Origin: Atractiella rhizophila
Lineage: Eukaryota
Reading direction: 5' to 3'
DNA: 64,000 nt
Assembly (NCBI GenBank): GCA_021432655.1
Contig: MU271182.1
Coordinates: 1-64,000, forward strand
A model generated the notes under the pieces. The model did no database searches, had not been told where the DNA came from, and saw only the letters and a list, made by a program, of their open reading frames with translations. The translations under genes were made by a program, and so were the position numbers. Positions 62,065-64,000 of this stretch are shown piece by piece; position 1 is the stretch's first letter; each line of letters starts with the position of its first letter.

Positions 62065-64000
62065 ATGTTCGATATTTTACTTCTTCAGGAACCATATGTT
62101 ACTCCAGGCCCCTCTCTTCCTTTTTTACCCAGGCTGGCGCCGTTTCTCCACTTCGCCGTCCGCTCGCTCTGCCATTTTGATCAACTCCGAAACAATCCAC
62201 AGCTCTTCTATCTCCCAAATCATTTCTCCTATTCCCGAAATTTCTGCCGTTAAAATTTCATGCCCGCCGTACACCCTCGTTTTGTTTAACGTTTATAACG
62301 CCACCGACATCATGTCCGACATTTTAAAGGTCCTGTTTGACCTGATCCACCGACTTTTGATCGAGTTTAATTCTGACGATAACTTTTTACTTTACGTTGG
62401 AGGCGATTTTAATTTGCACCACGACCTTTGGAACCAAGAAGGATATTTCAGATGGGACCCGAAGGCGGAAGAATTGCTAACAAGTCTAACCGAGGTGGGG
62501 GTTGGTCCTCAGGTCGGAACAAGGAGTGGTCACCTGGGCAGCAAGGGAGTCTCAAAAGGTCATCGACCTCGTGTTTGTTAACGCTGCGGCAGATGATCTA
62601 GTAGAGCGATGCATAACCTCCCATGCCCCAGAGTTGAACCACGGTTCTGACCACTTCCCATACTCACGGCTTTCAATCTGGAGAAGACTGATCCACCAGA
62701 CTTGGAAAGATTCAATCTCGCCAAGGCAGATTGGGATAAGATGAGAGAGGATGTTGAAGCTCGTTTGAACGGTTATCCCTTTGACCGAGAGACTCCTTTG
62801 AACCGTGAAGAGTACGTAGAACTTGCAGTTGAGTATCTCACTTCGTCCATCCATTCGGCGCTGGAGGTGTCCACAAAGAAAGTGAAGAATTCTAAGTTTT
62901 CTAAGGGGTGGTGGGACGAGGATCTCACGGAGCTCTGTGCGAAAGCCAGCAGGCAAAGAAATAGATTCCAGAAGACAAAAAGTGCAGCGGACTATGCATT
63001 GTGGCATAGATCTCTTCAGGCTTTCCGTCATGCGGTTAAAGTGCGTAAGCGCTCATACTGGAACAATTTCTTAGCCAGCTTGGATGAACAGTCGCTCTGG
63101 ACTGCTTCGTCGCATGCCAAGCATGAGAGCCGAGAGAGACAGATCCCGCCCCTACAGAATCCTGATGGCTCCCTCACTTTCGAAAACGAGGGAAAGGCGA
63201 GGATGTTTCACGAAACCTTCAGCGCTTCCCACCCCAAACCCATGTTGAATGACTTATAACAGGAGAGAGCAGCTAGAGATGACTGGATCGACTTCGGTGA
63301 AATCGAAATCCAGGATTTGAATCGGTACATCGAGAATTTGAAAAGGAAGTCAGCCCTAAGGAACGATGGAATTTCAAACTGGGTCCTCAAAGAACTTTGG
63401 TCTAATATCAGGGAAGTCCTTTTCCACATCATTACTTCGTGTTATTCTATGTGTTATTATCCACAAACGTGGAAGTGTTTCTCTACGGCGATATTAAAGA
63501 AGCCCAAGAAACCGGACTATTCTGTTTCAAAGGCCTATCGCCCGATTGCTCTGTTGAAGTGCCTCGCTACAATTTCGATGGAGTTCTAGCCGCGAAACTC
63601 GCCTTTTTCTCCGAGAAGCACCTCCTCCTTCCTGACCAACACGTCGGAGGTCGTTCGGGCCGTAGGACGACGGGATGCTCACCTTTCGGTTGTAGAATTT
63701 ATTATGGAGGGGTGGAGGAAGGGACAAGTGACGGCCGCAGCGTTTCTCGACGTGAAAGGTGCCTTTCCCTCCATCATTCACTGCAGACTAGTCGACAACC
63801 TCCGGAAAGCGAAAGTGGGCCCCCACTTCTACAAGCTGGCTTCGTCTTGGCTGGAGGGCAGATCCACATCCTACTCTTTTGATGGCTTCAATTCGGCTCA
63901 ACTACCCATCGAAACCGGCCTGGTCCAAGGCTCCCCTCTCTCCCCAATCCTCTACCTTTTCTACAACGCCTCCCTGCTCCACATAGCCTCCCATCGGGAC
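62065..64000 (+). mobile_element. Tad1-like LINE ORF2 (endonuclease and RT), frameshifted, continuing past the window
   Basis: DILLLQEPY, GGDFNLHH.LW, IDLVF, GSDHFP, KKPKKPDYS..KAYRPIALL, FLDVKGAFP and GLVQGSPLSPILYLFYNA. Confidence 0.92.

Overview
Fungal (intron style and gene families suggest a basidiomycete) transposon-rich window. It holds one apparently intact FunK1-type kinase gene, several host-gene fragments (Zn2Cys6, LIM/Lrg1-like, TPR, AP-1 mu), and remnants of Helitron, pogo/Fot1, hAT, CACTA-like, Copia and LINE elements. Three things stand out. (1) A near-intact single-ORF APE-RT LINE begins exactly with a sequence that folds as an HDV-like self-cleaving ribozyme (37156-37230). 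(2) Two segments next to 25-N gaps (24374-25928 and 41420-46563) are written backwards without complementation, almost certainly an assembly artefact. Decoded, they give the missing middle of the Helitron Rep/helicase, the 3' end of THR1, an intact LURP-one-related gene and an intact minimal Gti1/Pac2 (WOPR) gene, none of which appear in the ORF track. (3) A duplicated, disabled gene appears to join a divergent WOPR domain to an HMG box. All protein family calls come from motif recognition by eye; no searches were run.
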